Below are positions 25,832-36,168 of a stretch of DNA of 64,000 nucleotides, piece after piece. Position numbers and translations under genes: made by a program. Source of the stretch: an uncultured virus (IMG/VR IMGVR_UViG_3300016474_000883) (taxonomy: Duplodnaviria; Heunggongvirae; Uroviricota; Caudoviricetes). The DNA lies in IMG/VR virus record IMGVR_UViG_3300016474_000883. One strand, 5' to 3'. The notes below the pieces were generated by a model that was not told the origin of the DNA, did not search any database, and was given only the letters and a program-made list of their open reading frames with translations. How positions within the stretch are numbered: the first letter of the stretch is position 1; every line of letters starts with the position of its first letter.

Positions 25832-26214
25832 TAGTCTTCGTCTTCAGTGTATTCATCAGTTGAGTAATCATCCTCATCATCAACATCTACAAACTCATCA
25901 TCCTCAATTAATTCTTCTTCTTCTAATTCATCTAACACAGACAATTCTGTTTCCTCTTCTTCAGTTGGTTTCACTTTTGGTTTCTTAGGAGTGGTTGTTT
26001 TTCTAAAATTCTTTTCTGCTTCTTGAATCTTGTCATATACTTCTCTCTCCACAGCATAAGTTTCAGTCCATGTATGATCACCTTCTCCCATTTGAACTAC
26101 CATTGCTACTTTCTTTTCAGCTGTTGAATGCTGAGTACATGTTTGGGTGTCTGGTAGGATGGCTAGTCTTCGAGGATCGATTTCAATGCCACATACTTTA
26201 CAGTATCTACTCAT
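25831..26214 (-). CDS. DksA/TraR-type zinc-finger protein with acidic tail
   Basis: CKVCG.EI...RL..LP.T.TCTQH; D/E-rich C-terminus. Confidence 0.7.
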   Translation of the reverse strand: MSRYCKVCGIEIDPRRLAILPDTQTCTQHSTAEKKVAMVVQMGEGDHTWTETYAVEREVYDKIQEAEKNFRKTTTPKKPKVKPTEEEETELSVLDELEEEELIEDDEFVDVDDEDDYSTDEYTEDED

Positions 26215-26600
26215 AAATTATTATTTTGATTTGCTTTATTTATTTTATCAATTAGATTCCAAAGATCAAGAGCTGTCTTAAGTGTATAGACTTTTTTAGC
26301 CTTACCAGGTATAGTTACTTCTAATTTTTGAAGATTACCATCAGTGTCAAATCTATCATATACATACCATAAAATTAGAGCACCAACTTCATCTCCATAT
26401 TTAAGGTAGATAAGGTTTTCAATAATATTATAGTATGACTCTTCATAATTATAGAAGTCAATTTTTAGATGATCATGAAGAAAATTAGTTCTAGCCCAAC
26501 ATTCATCTAACATATTAACAAATTCAACAAACACATCTTTTTCTTGAGATTGTTTGTTTCGATTAATTTTTAATCTATTTCCAAAATTATTTAGATTCAT
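26211..26600 (-). CDS. hypothetical protein
   Basis: 129-aa ORF. Confidence 0.65.
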   Translation of the reverse strand: MNLNNFGNRLKINRNKQSQEKDVFVEFVNMLDECWARTNFLHDHLKIDFYNYEESYYNIIENLIYLKYGDEVGALILWYVYDRFDTDGNLQKLEVTIPGKAKKVYTLKTALDLWNLIDKINKANQNNNL

Positions 26601-26785
26601 GTTTTATGCTTATAGAGTATAATTTTAAAAAATCTTCAACATTCATACCTTTCATAGAAGCAAAATAATAAGTAGCTATACCTAAAGTACCAGCTCGACA
26701 TGTACCAATAGACTCTTTGTTTGGGTCTAAATGTGAATAAAAATAATAATCACTATGATTGTATTCCATGCTTCTTAATTTTGAT

Positions 26786-26818
26786 TAAATATAATAAAAG
26801 AGAATTAAAAAGCCAAAT
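26786..26818 (-). promoter_or_regulatory. Bacteroidota-type promoter
   Basis: TTTG-N20-TATATTTA. Confidence 0.6.
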
Positions 26819-27879
26819 TATAACTTAATAAAAGTGTTTTGATATTCATCCATTGAATTAATAGTGATTTTTAAATTACCTAATTCAAATGAACCTATCT
26901 CACCACTTTCTTTAATAATATCATTCAATTGTTGAATAACTATAAAATCTTGTTGAGTAAAAGTATTACCATTAACTTCAACAATTATGTCTTCTCCTCC
27001 ATTAAACCAAGGTTCTAAAGCTTGTTCTAATTGTGGATTAGAATTATTTATTTTTATAGATTTTTTATAAACAGGAGACACTATTGGTTTCATTAATGGA
27101 GTATGTTGTACATTTGTTCCCCATTTTTTAATAAAAGCCAAAGTAGAATTATTCATATCTTGCTGCCATTTTTTATGACGTTCTGGGTCACCGTCAAAGC
27201 TTCCAGCACCTCGACCTGTTAAGTGGTAGACTAAGCTGTTCCAAGGTTGTATAAAATCAAATCCAGCTAATAACATTCTATTAAACAAATCAGAATCTTC
27301 TCTACATGAATGTAAAATAGGATCATGTCCTCCAAGTATATCTAAATATTCAGATTTATACATCATCCAAGGAGCAAATATGCCTTCTGTTGTTACATCA
27401 TCATCTAAATGTTCATTAACATAGTTGTTAAACTCTTCTTTTTTAAATTCTTCAGGCCACATACCAAAATCAATTTGGATTTTCTCCCCAGCATTAGGAT
27501 GAATAGGAGGTTCAATTCTGGTGGAGCAAACTACAGTTTTTGGTTTTAAATGATTATAAGCTTTTAAATCAGCATCTTTACCTAACATCATATCAGCATG
27601 GAATATCATAAAGATATCTGTGGTGGAATTTTCAATACAAAAATCATATGCTTTGCCTATCCCAAATAAGCTTTTGCCTAAATTTGGATTAACATAATAA
27701 GTTAAATTGTATTTGTCTTTAACTTGCTTTAACCATTCAATAGTACCATCCTCATCTGAGTCTATAAATATAATAATTTCATGATCATCTCGAAAAGCAT
27801 TTTCTCTAATTGAAGGAATACATGTTTTAAGATAACGCAGATTTGTTTTACTAGGAATGCAAAATGTTATTTTATCCAT
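26818..27879 (-). CDS. GT2 family glycosyltransferase
   Basis: ITFCIP, DG T..WL, HADM, GG.D, EDSDL. Confidence 0.88.
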   Translation of the reverse strand: MDKITFCIPSKTNLRYLKTCIPSIRENAFRDDHEIIIFIDSDEDGTIEWLKQVKDKYNLTYYVNPNLGKSLFGIGKAYDFCIENSTTDIFMIFHADMMLGKDADLKAYNHLKPKTVVCSTRIEPPIHPNAGEKIQIDFGMWPEEFKKEEFNNYVNEHLDDDVTTEGIFAPWMMYKSEYLDILGGHDPILHSCREDSDLFNRMLLAGFDFIQPWNSLVYHLTGRGAGSFDGDPERHKKWQQDMNNSTLAFIKKWGTNVQHTPLMKPIVSPVYKKSIKINNSNPQLEQALEPWFNGGEDIIVEVNGNTFTQQDFIVIQQLNDIIKESGEIGSFELGNLKITINSMDEYQNTFIKL

Positions 27880-28744
27880 TTATATTTAATAATTTATTTA
27901 TTAATTCTGTTTTTTTAATTGGGTTGGGTTCTAATTCATTATAGTTAGCTTGTTTAAAATCACAATACTCTCTACATATTTCTGATCCATGAAGAGATTT
28001 TAATCTATCTCTCCATATAATATTATGAGTTACCATAGCATGGATTTCACTCTCACTCCAATCAAATATTCTATTATCCTCATAACCATTTGAAATTCCA
28101 TTATCCCCATACCCTACAACTATTACTTTATCAAACCCCATAAACCAAAGCAATTGAAATAAAATCCCAGAGACATTTCCTCCAGGAATTAATTTCAAAG
28201 GATTAGTCCCATAACTATCTAAACTTTCTTGAATAGTAGGACTTAGAGTTGGCCAAGATTCACCTTGCTCATTTCTATATTCAATACAAATGTATGTGTT
28301 TGAAAATAATTTACAATACTCTTCTCCATGATGTTTAGGTAATTGACCTGTAGTGAATGAGTAATTATAAACTGGGAATTCATTACATGCTATGATTTTA
28401 ATTAGATTAGGATTTTGTTTAATTATATGGTTTTTACCTTGAATCCAAATAGGCTCATTATCATAACTAAAATCAGATTGGGTTTTAAGGAGTTTTCCTC
28501 CTGTGAATTTGTATAAGCAAAATTCTTTATCTTCAAAGTATTCTCTAGCTATAGGGTTATCAGCTGTTAAATATAAATCACAATTAGGGTATAATTTTAT
28601 ATTATGATTTACAGTTATAGTGAAGTTATTTTTGATAATATTTTGTAAGTCTTTAACTTGACTAGATGAAGGACCACCTAAAATACAAAATGCGGTGTGA
28701 CCTTTAGCTATATCTTTCCAATTATTATTTATACTATAATCCAT
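27872..28744 (-). CDS. Maf/DUF115-like (sialyltransferase-fold) glycosyltransferase
   Basis: ILGGPS, TVN, DLYLTAD, S......MGF.KV..VG motifs. Confidence 0.6.
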   Translation of the reverse strand: MDYSINNNWKDIAKGHTAFCILGGPSSSQVKDLQNIIKNNFTITVNHNIKLYPNCDLYLTADNPIAREYFEDKEFCLYKFTGGKLLKTQSDFSYDNEPIWIQGKNHIIKQNPNLIKIIACNEFPVYNYSFTTGQLPKHHGEEYCKLFSNTYICIEYRNEQGESWPTLSPTIQESLDSYGTNPLKLIPGGNVSGILFQLLWFMGFDKVIVVGYGDNGISNGYEDNRIFDWSESEIHAMVTHNIIWRDRLKSLHGSEICREYCDFKQANYNELEPNPIKKTELINKLLNING

Positions 28745-28752
28745 ATATGTTA

Positions 28753-29346
28753 TTAAGTTAGATGGATGAAAGCACACATATCATTATTAAAATCTCTAAA
28801 CCTAAAAATATCCCCAAATGGGGGTTCAAACATTTTTTTATTAATTTCATTTAAACTTAGATACCCTAATTTATTATCTCGAGCGTGATTTGAAAGATCT
28901 GCTAATACTTTATCAGATCCATATTCATGTAAAGCAAAATTTTCACATCCTAATGATTTCATTAAATTTAAAAAATTATTTTGTTCTATAGAGTCATTAA
29001 GATACATAAGAGTAACATGAGACATAAATAAACTATTTTTCCAATCTATATCATAATTATGATACTCAGTGAAAAAATCATTTAAAGAACAAGCATAATA
29101 ATCTACATCTATATTATTCATCCATTTTATATCTAAAGGATTGAATATATCAAAACCTACATATTTATACTTTTCTTTAGGAAAAGGAATAAAATTTCTA
29201 CCATTAGCACATCCAAAATCCACTATAGTAGTGATATTACTAGAGAGTTTATCCACAACATGTTCTTCTAACCAGAATTCAGGAGCATGTCCTTTTCCCA
29301 CTGAATATCCTTTAAAAAAATCAGAAATGTAATATTGTTTTTTCAT
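28753..29346 (-). CDS. class I SAM-dependent methyltransferase
   Basis: VDFGCANGRN...GFDI. Confidence 0.75.
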   Translation of the reverse strand: MKKQYYISDFFKGYSVGKGHAPEFWLEEHVVDKLSSNITTIVDFGCANGRNFIPFPKEKYKYVGFDIFNPLDIKWMNNIDVDYYACSLNDFFTEYHNYDIDWKNSLFMSHVTLMYLNDSIEQNNFLNLMKSLGCENFALHEYGSDKVLADLSNHARDNKLGYLSLNEINKKMFEPPFGDIFRFRDFNNDMCAFIHLT

Positions 29347-29360
29347 TGTTTTATTTAAAT

Positions 29361-29834
29361 TTATAACCAACCGTAATTATTTTTTATAGATAAATGCCTA
29401 TGTATACTAAATCCATTTTTGCTAAGGCCTAAAGGATCATAATATCTACCAATGTATATTTGATCTCCATTTGAGTCAAAAGTATTACACCAAATATAAT
29501 CATTAGGCCACAATATTTCATTATATTTAATATAAAATGTAATAAAGACATAAGTTAATAAACTAGCTGAGTAAAGTCCACTTTTAGGGGGCAATTTACC
29601 TCTACTGGATTTTGAGATATGTTTAGGTATGTCATACCATCCTGATTCAAATGATTCATCCATAAAAGATTCTTTCTCATACCAATCTTGAGGATAAAAC
29701 AACCCAGAAAAATTATTTTTTAAATAACTTAAAGTAACTTTTTTAGATCCATCTGGGGTAGTAGAATCACAAAATATTGATATGTTATTTTCTGTGATGC
29801 TAATTTGAGGAATGTTTAGTATTGGTCTATCCAT
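29361..29834 (-). CDS. hypothetical protein
   Basis: 157-aa ORF within the glycosylation cluster. Confidence 0.6.
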   Translation of the reverse strand: MDRPILNIPQISITENNISIFCDSTTPDGSKKVTLSYLKNNFSGLFYPQDWYEKESFMDESFESGWYDIPKHISKSSRGKLPPKSGLYSASLLTYVFITFYIKYNEILWPNDYIWCNTFDSNGDQIYIGRYYDPLGLSKNGFSIHRHLSIKNNYGWL

Positions 29835-30400
29835 TTTAGGTATTCTATAGCTTTATCATAAGTACAAACATCTCCTTTGGTTTGGTATATTTCAATTTTA
29901 TTAAATTCACTCTCTAATAATTCATATCTTATTCCCCAATTATTTTTTTTAAACCAAGATAAATTACAAGAGGAATTATATATTCTAATACTATTGTTTA
30001 ATTTTTGATTATAAAGCTCTTTAATAAATGTTAAATAAGCTCTAAATTGGTGATAATTTGATATTATCAATATAATGCTTCTCCAATTATTTTCCAAGCA
30101 TAATTTTATAATTTGTTCTGCTTGTTCTTTAGTATTAGTTGATTTATTTTCTATTATAACATCATTAGGATCAACATTATTTTTAATAAATGTGTTTTTC
30201 ACATAATTAAAAGGATAACTCCCATATTCAAGATTTATAATATTTCCACTAAAAACTAAATTAGAAGCGTACTCTTGTTTATATAAATCACAAGCATGTT
30301 CTATTCTATTATCACCATCTCCTTCTAATATAACAATGGCGTCACTTTTATTTATAGGCATACCTGATGCCAGTATTATAAATTTTTCTTTATCAGTCAT
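29816..30400 (-). CDS. YdcF/DUF218 family protein
   Basis: DAIVIL.G, FSG, E.KSTNT.E.A, SNYH..RA. Confidence 0.85.
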   Translation of the reverse strand: MTDKEKFIILASGMPINKSDAIVILEGDGDNRIEHACDLYKQEYASNLVFSGNIINLEYGSYPFNYVKNTFIKNNVDPNDVIIENKSTNTKEQAEQIIKLCLENNWRSIILIISNYHQFRAYLTFIKELYNQKLNNSIRIYNSSCNLSWFKKNNWGIRYELLESEFNKIEIYQTKGDVCTYDKAIEYLKWIDQY

Positions 30401-31460
30401 TTTTAAAATGTTTCCAGGTTAACGGAGTATCTTTTTGAATATCTTGAGATAATTGTTTCCCAATGATAATATTTTTATATTTAGGAAGAATACCTAAAGC
30501 AGGTCTTAATACACTAACATCATTAATAGTTACAATATCTCCTTTTTTCATATCTTTATTAATATATAAACCTCTTCTTTGAACAAAAACTGTTTCTTGT
30601 TCTTCTTCAACTACAAATTTTCTAGTACTCCCCATAGCTAATTCTAATTTACGAATATCATCAACCATGCTTTTAAATTCATTAAAATCCATAGAATGAG
30701 GATGGTCAGGTCCTTTTCCTGTTTTATCTAAAGTGAAATGTTTTTCTATTACTTTAGCACCCAAAGCTATGGCTCCTAAAACAACTACATTTCCTGGTGA
30801 ATGATCTGAGTATCCTGTTAAGAGATCAAAAGCAGATTCATATGTTTTAAGGACATTTATATTAGCACTTTCAATTTGTGATGGATAATTAGTTATACAT
30901 TGCATTAAAACTAAATTCTTATTCCCTGTTGATTCAATAACTCTTATAGCCTCATCAATTTCAGACATAGTGGCGTCTCCAGTGGCTAAAAATATAGGTT
31001 TTTGAGTTAGAGCGATCTTTTCAATCATTTCTAACCATGTAATTTCTCCTGAGCCTATTTTAATGAACGGGACATCCAATTCAACACATAGGCCAACTGC
31101 TTCAAAGTCATAAGGAGATGTTGAGAAATCAATTCCTATTTCTTTACAATAATCAGAAATTGGTTTATGCCATTCTCTAGGAAATTCTACACTTTTAAAT
31201 ACATCATATACTGATTTATCCCATGTCCCATGAACTCCTTTTAAATTCATTTGCTTAAACCCACCATCTGATACTATCTTTTCAGCTTTGAATGATTGAA
31301 ATTTAGCACAATCCGCACCTGCTTTTTTAGCTGCCAAACAATATTGTTTAGCTGTCTCAAGTGAACCATCAAAATTAGCTCCTATTTCGGCTATAATATA
31401 TGATTTACTATTTTTATCTAATTGGATGTTTCCAATATTAATATTTTTATTAAAACCCAT
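30393..31460 (-). CDS. neuB: N-acetylneuraminate/pseudaminate/legionaminate synthase family protein
   Basis: IIAEIG.N, KFQ, GYSDHS, IEKHFT, C-terminal SAF domain. Confidence 0.93.
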   Translation of the reverse strand: MGFNKNINIGNIQLDKNSKSYIIAEIGANFDGSLETAKQYCLAAKKAGADCAKFQSFKAEKIVSDGGFKQMNLKGVHGTWDKSVYDVFKSVEFPREWHKPISDYCKEIGIDFSTSPYDFEAVGLCVELDVPFIKIGSGEITWLEMIEKIALTQKPIFLATGDATMSEIDEAIRVIESTGNKNLVLMQCITNYPSQIESANINVLKTYESAFDLLTGYSDHSPGNVVVLGAIALGAKVIEKHFTLDKTGKGPDHPHSMDFNEFKSMVDDIRKLELAMGSTRKFVVEEEQETVFVQRRGLYINKDMKKGDIVTINDVSVLRPALGILPKYKNIIIGKQLSQDIQKDTPLTWKHFKND

Positions 31461-31464
31461 ATTT

Positions 31465-32154
31465 TTATTTATTTAAATATAATTTTTCAGCTACTTCAAA
31501 TTGCCAAGGCCAATCAATATCAAAACATTCAATTTCATCCATTATAAAGAAATTTGGATCACCAGGTTGCTTAAATGAACCCATATATATTCCATTTTTA
31601 AGATCTTCTGTTGATCCAGCATACAATGAATGAGCTGCTTCATAGCATGTTTCTACAAATTTGGTTTCTAGTGTGGCTAGATATTTATCTTCTCCAAAAA
31701 AACGATTTATCATTACTCCATCACTATTAAATAAAAATGTTTTTTTCTCAAACACCCCAAATAGACCATTTGAATCTACTTCTAAAAAATGTTTAACAAA
31801 ATTATCTATTGTATCTACTTTTAAAAGTGGGTTACATGCATTAATAATTACAAAATATTTATAGTTTAACACTTCAGTCCACTCATGGAATCTTTGTAAT
31901 GTTACAGGTTCTTGTAAGGAATCGAAAGATCTGTTAGTATGTTTTATTTCCTTTTTTTCTGCTAATTTTATTAATTCTTTATCCCCCACATGAAGATAAA
32001 AATTTTCTTTAGGGATAACACTTGATTGTAAAACTTTATCTATTGCTAAATCCATTAAAGTAGTATTAGCAAATGGTTTTAACATTTTATTCACAACACG
32101 AGTTGAATTAGCTCGAGCTGGGATTATAAATAACACATCATTTATATTTTTCAT
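31465..32154 (-). CDS. neuA: CMP-nonulosonate synthetase (cytidylyltransferase)
   Basis: IIPARANSTRV.NK, NPL, DID. Confidence 0.85.
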   Translation of the reverse strand: MKNINDVLFIIPARANSTRVVNKMLKPFANTTLMDLAIDKVLQSSVIPKENFYLHVGDKELIKLAEKKEIKHTNRSFDSLQEPVTLQRFHEWTEVLNYKYFVIINACNPLLKVDTIDNFVKHFLEVDSNGLFGVFEKKTFLFNSDGVMINRFFGEDKYLATLETKFVETCYEAAHSLYAGSTEDLKNGIYMGSFKQPGDPNFFIMDEIECFDIDWPWQFEVAEKLYLNK

Positions 32155-32159
32155 GGTAA

Positions 32160-32756
32160 TTAATTTTTTAAGATTTTTAATGAGGCGGGGACTCCAACAT
32201 ATGTTCCTGGGTGGGGGATTGATGTCACTACAGCTGCGTTTGATCCAACTATAGTATTTTCACATATTGAAATTTTTTCTTTTATAGAAGAATTACTTCC
32301 TATATAAACTTTATCTTTAATTTTAACATTCCCAGATACTATTGATCCAGGCATAGCACTAAAATAATCACCTATTTCACAATTATGCCCAATATGAACA
32401 GCTCTATTTAATAAGGCATGTTTTCCTATTTTTATGTCATAAGTTAAAACACAATTGGCCCCAACAAATGATCCTTCTTTTATAGAAACTGGGGATAATA
32501 TTTGAGCTGAAGGATGAATATATGTGAAGTATTTGGTTTCTATAGGTAATTTATTAACCATATTATATCTGTCTTCACTATTCCCTAGAGCTACTAATAC
32601 CTCATATTCAGTAGGATTAAATTCAGATAAAGGAAATATATAATCTTCATTTGGCTTCCAATAAGTATCATCCACAAAACATTTCATAGTAAAATCACCT
32701 ATATGTGCTCTTACTTCTTGAGCATGGCCTCCAGCTCCTATTAATGCCTTTTTCAC
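32160..32756 (-). CDS. NeuD/PglD-type sugar acetyltransferase
   Basis: GAGGHA, IHPSA, hexapeptide repeats, GVPA. Confidence 0.9.
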   Translation of the reverse strand: MKKALIGAGGHAQEVRAHIGDFTMKCFVDDTYWKPNEDYIFPLSEFNPTEYEVLVALGNSEDRYNMVNKLPIETKYFTYIHPSAQILSPVSIKEGSFVGANCVLTYDIKIGKHALLNRAVHIGHNCEIGDYFSAMPGSIVSGNVKIKDKVYIGSNSSIKEKISICENTIVGSNAAVVTSIPHPGTYVGVPASLKILKN

Positions 32757-33397
32757 TTAGTGTAAATATCAAATTTGGATAAATCAGGATATGGTAATTC
32801 TAAATCAGAATTACTCTTTGGTGTTCCATCAGTGTTATAGAACTGGTTTATCAATAGTAATCCCCTAGCTGCTAGTTCAGGCATCATGTAAAAATTCCAA
32901 CCTATCATATCAAAGTAATCATCATGGTATGAACATTCACGTCTTCCACTATACCTAGCTCTTTTAAACCAAAGATAAGCATCATGGTTATCTGTTAATA
33001 TGGCCCCACCTTTACTTAGTTTAAAATGTTTATATGGACCTGTGAATGAAATACACATATGAGTATCAGGCTTGTACATATTATGAGTAAAACTTAAAGC
33101 TGCATCCCAAATGTTGCTGCCTTCTAAATTGTAAGCTCCTTTAATAGTTTTACCTTTAACTGGTTTGAATTTAACTTTTAACCCCGCATGAATGATTTCA
33201 CATGGTACTGAAGGATAAGTCCTAGAAGGAATAGTAATATGCTCTGCTGTTATGGTTTTACTGATGTAGTGTTCATAATAGAGAGCTAAGAATAATCCAT
33301 TTGATTGATTATCCACAGTCACTACATATGGTGCTCCTGTGTAATTTGATAGTGCTTGTTCAAAATCTTCAGTTATTTTATAGACTCCATTTGCCAT
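32753..33397 (-). CDS. compact DegT/DnrJ-family PLP sugar aminotransferase
   Basis: SF...K...GGAILT, GWNFYM.EL.AA.G; only 214 aa. Confidence 0.8.
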   Translation of the reverse strand: MANGVYKITEDFEQALSNYTGAPYVVTVDNQSNGLFLALYYEHYISKTITAEHITIPSRTYPSVPCEIIHAGLKVKFKPVKGKTIKGAYNLEGSNIWDAALSFTHNMYKPDTHMCISFTGPYKHFKLSKGGAILTDNHDAYLWFKRARYSGRRECSYHDDYFDMIGWNFYMMPELAARGLLLINQFYNTDGTPKSNSDLELPYPDLSKFDIYTK

Positions 33398-33436
33398 ATT
33401 GTATATTTTTTATAATTAAAATATAATAAAAATATT

Positions 33437-34330
33437 TTATAAATCCAATTCTTTTTTTAGTTTTTTTAATTCTTCTATTACTTTTTCAAGTATTTCATTT
33501 GAAGATTGATGTTTAGCTTTATACGGAATATATTTTGGATAAAAATTATTTTTATGTTGGTATTTTCTATCTTCTTGAATAATACAATTTTGGATAATAT
33601 ATTGTGGTATATCATACTTTCCTGAGGTATTCATTAATTTAAAACGTTCTTGTTGAAATAAATCAACATGATGAAAAATTCCTATACTTTCAGGAAGTGA
33701 CATTAATTTAGTTAATTCTTTTGAGTGAAAATTAAACCAACCCCCAGCTATTTTATGATCATAATTTTTAACAACTTTAATATCATTTAAATTTGATTTA
33801 ACTTCTAGCTGGAAGACATCAATTTCATCAAAAGCTATACTTGATTGAATATATTCTTCATTAGAGATAATGTCCCAAGAACTATCCCAAAACTTAGCTA
33901 TTTGAGGAGTTATCATATATGTTGATGTTTCTTGTTCAACTACAGAAACAATATTTTCCAAAATATATAATATTTCTACAGGGAAATAAATATCTGTGTC
34001 TAGCCAAATTAGGTTAAATTCTCCATTATTATTAGCTAAAATTTGTCTCTGATGTTCCCCTGCTCCTATTAAATCAGAAATCTCAAAATTTACTCCTTGA
34101 CAAAAATCACAATACTTTTCTATATATCTAAATTTATCAATAAAAAATTCTTTAGGTATAGAACAATTATCCCAATCAAAATCTCTATCAGACATGTTTA
34201 AAACTACATCTAAATGTAAATAATTTTTAGTATCTGAATAGTTAGAAGCTCGTTTAAGTTGAGTGATGGTTCTCTCTAACATATCTATATGCTGAGGGAA
34301 TATGTAACTTACTATTTTTGTTTTATCCAT
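33437..34330 (-). CDS. putative GT-A glycosyltransferase
   Basis: WLDTD DxD motif; GGWF. Confidence 0.55.
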   Translation of the reverse strand: MDKTKIVSYIFPQHIDMLERTITQLKRASNYSDTKNYLHLDVVLNMSDRDFDWDNCSIPKEFFIDKFRYIEKYCDFCQGVNFEISDLIGAGEHQRQILANNNGEFNLIWLDTDIYFPVEILYILENIVSVVEQETSTYMITPQIAKFWDSSWDIISNEEYIQSSIAFDEIDVFQLEVKSNLNDIKVVKNYDHKIAGGWFNFHSKELTKLMSLPESIGIFHHVDLFQQERFKLMNTSGKYDIPQYIIQNCIIQEDRKYQHKNNFYPKYIPYKAKHQSSNEILEKVIEELKKLKKELDL

Positions 34331-34901
34331 TGTTATCTAGATATAAAAATCCTGTAGGTTGACCTTCAACTACAGGTCTAAAATGTTTTCTTTTAAATAA
34401 ATTTAAATACTTTTGGTCAGGATTAAATTTAGTATGGGGACCAGCATATTCTGGGGGGTATTCATGAAATACCATATTTTTACAATTACTGTCTAATAGA
34501 TGCTGGATGAATTTGTTTTGGTCTTCATATGAAAGATACATTAATGTGACGCAGGTGTAAATCAGGCAGTTTGAAAGATTTAAATTAATATGATTAAAAT
34601 TATATAGATAATCTTCAATACTGCATTGATAATAAGTTAAATTATCTGTTTTGCAAGCCCATTTTATAATAGAAGGAGACGCTAAGTCAAACCCAACACA
34701 GTTATAATCATCTTGAAATGGGATAAAATCTCTTCCATTGGCACACCCAAAGTTAATTATAGTGTTAATATAATCAGGTAATTGAGGTTTTATAGAATCT
34801 AATAAAAAAGACTCAGGTTTGTTTAACCATTCTTCATCACTACTAAAGTAGTGATCAAAAAAAGAAGTGTAAGAATATTCTTTTACTGTAAAATTTTCCA
34901 T
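34323..34901 (-). CDS. class I SAM-dependent methyltransferase (paralogue of 28753-29346)
   Basis: NFGCANGRDF, VTLMYL, HEY shared. Confidence 0.75.
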   Translation of the reverse strand: MENFTVKEYSYTSFFDHYFSSDEEWLNKPESFLLDSIKPQLPDYINTIINFGCANGRDFIPFQDDYNCVGFDLASPSIIKWACKTDNLTYYQCSIEDYLYNFNHINLNLSNCLIYTCVTLMYLSYEDQNKFIQHLLDSNCKNMVFHEYPPEYAGPHTKFNPDQKYLNLFKRKHFRPVVEGQPTGFLYLDNNG

Positions 34902-34902
34902 A

Positions 34903-36168
34903 TTATGTATTTTTTCTAAAAATTACTGTTGAACGTTTTCCTTTTAAAACATTATCAATATTATTAATATTTTCACTTATAAATTTAAAAGATTTATCTG
35001 CGGCTTTAATTGTTTTTTGAATATCTTTTTTAGTATGAGCAAAACTTATATAAATAACATTTGGAAACAAAATTCCTTGTTTAACCATTTCTTGATAAAA
35101 TAATGCTTTTAAACCATCTATATCTGGGTAGGTTTGGGGGTTAAAAGATAAATTATGTCTAGGAGCGTCTCCAATAAACATGATGTCTAGGTTATGTTTT
35201 TTAGCGGCGTCTTTTATACCTTTATCTAGCATGTTTCCAAGCTCCCAAAGATAGTTATAGTCTTTAGTTTTAAGTTCTTTAATAGTTTCAATTGCCGCTA
35301 CTAAAGATAAACATTCTCCTCCAAATGTCATAGAAAAAAACAATTTATTCATTTCATTCATAAATTCTTTTTTACCAGCAATGGCTGCTAAAGGCATCCC
35401 ATTTGCTATTGCTTTCCCTAAACAACATAAATCAGGAGTGACACCAAAATATTCTTGGGCTCCACCTAAACTCCATCTAAAACCAGAAACTATTTCATCA
35501 AAAATAAGAACCGCTTTATATTTATCACATAAATCTCTCACACCTTGCAAAAACCCAGGAGTTGGAGTTGTTAATGCTTGCGGTTCAAGAATAACAGCTG
35601 CTACATCATCTTTTTTAAGTAATTCTTCTAAATCCTCTAAGTTATTGTATTCAAATTCACCGATAATATCTTTCATACAAGAAGGAATACCTGTTGGGTT
35701 CATTGTGATAGCATGCCAATCACCCCATCCATGATATCCATTTTTTGGTTTTAGGATTTTTTCTTTACCTGTATATGAACGAGCTATCCTAACTGATGCT
35801 AAATTAACATCAGCGCCATTCTTTGCAAAACGAACTTGTTCAGCACAAGGAATAATATCTATAATCAATTGGGCTAGTTCTTGTTCTAATAATGTTGGCC
35901 ATGAAAATATAATTCCATCTTTTAATTGTTTTTTTATAGCATCATTTGTAGTTTTATGATTATATCCTAAAATAATAGGACCTAACCCACACATATAGTC
36001 TAAATATTTTTTTCCATCTAAACCATATAAATAAGCTCCTTTGCCTGATTTTACAAACTTTGGGTAAATGCCATCTACAAATTGATCAGGGCATTTACTC
36101 ATGGTTTGAGTACCTTTAGGCATTAAACGTAAAGCATTTTCCCAAAGTTCTTGTTCATTAGTTAGCAT
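34903..36168 (-). CDS. class III PLP aminotransferase (GSA-aminomutase-like, sugar-pathway type)
   Basis: YHGW, ILEP, FDEI.SGFR, PDL...GK..ANG. Confidence 0.9.
   Translation of the reverse strand: MLTNEQELWENALRLMPKGTQTMSKCPDQFVDGIYPKFVKSGKGAYLYGLDGKKYLDYMCGLGPIILGYNHKTTNDAIKKQLKDGIIFSWPTLLEQELAQLIIDIIPCAEQVRFAKNGADVNLASVRIARSYTGKEKILKPKNGYHGWGDWHAITMNPTGIPSCMKDIIGEFEYNNLEDLEELLKKDDVAAVILEPQALTTPTPGFLQGVRDLCDKYKAVLIFDEIVSGFRWSLGGAQEYFGVTPDLCCLGKAIANGMPLAAIAGKKEFMNEMNKLFFSMTFGGECLSLVAAIETIKELKTKDYNYLWELGNMLDKGIKDAAKKHNLDIMFIGDAPRHNLSFNPQTYPDIDGLKALFYQEMVKQGILFPNVIYISFAHTKKDIQKTIKAADKSFKFISENINNIDNVLKGKRSTVIFRKNT

Noticed and set aside
34903..36168. hemL (tetrapyrrole synthesis)
   Set aside because: The context is entirely nucleotide-sugar genes, so a sugar aminotransferase role is more plausible.
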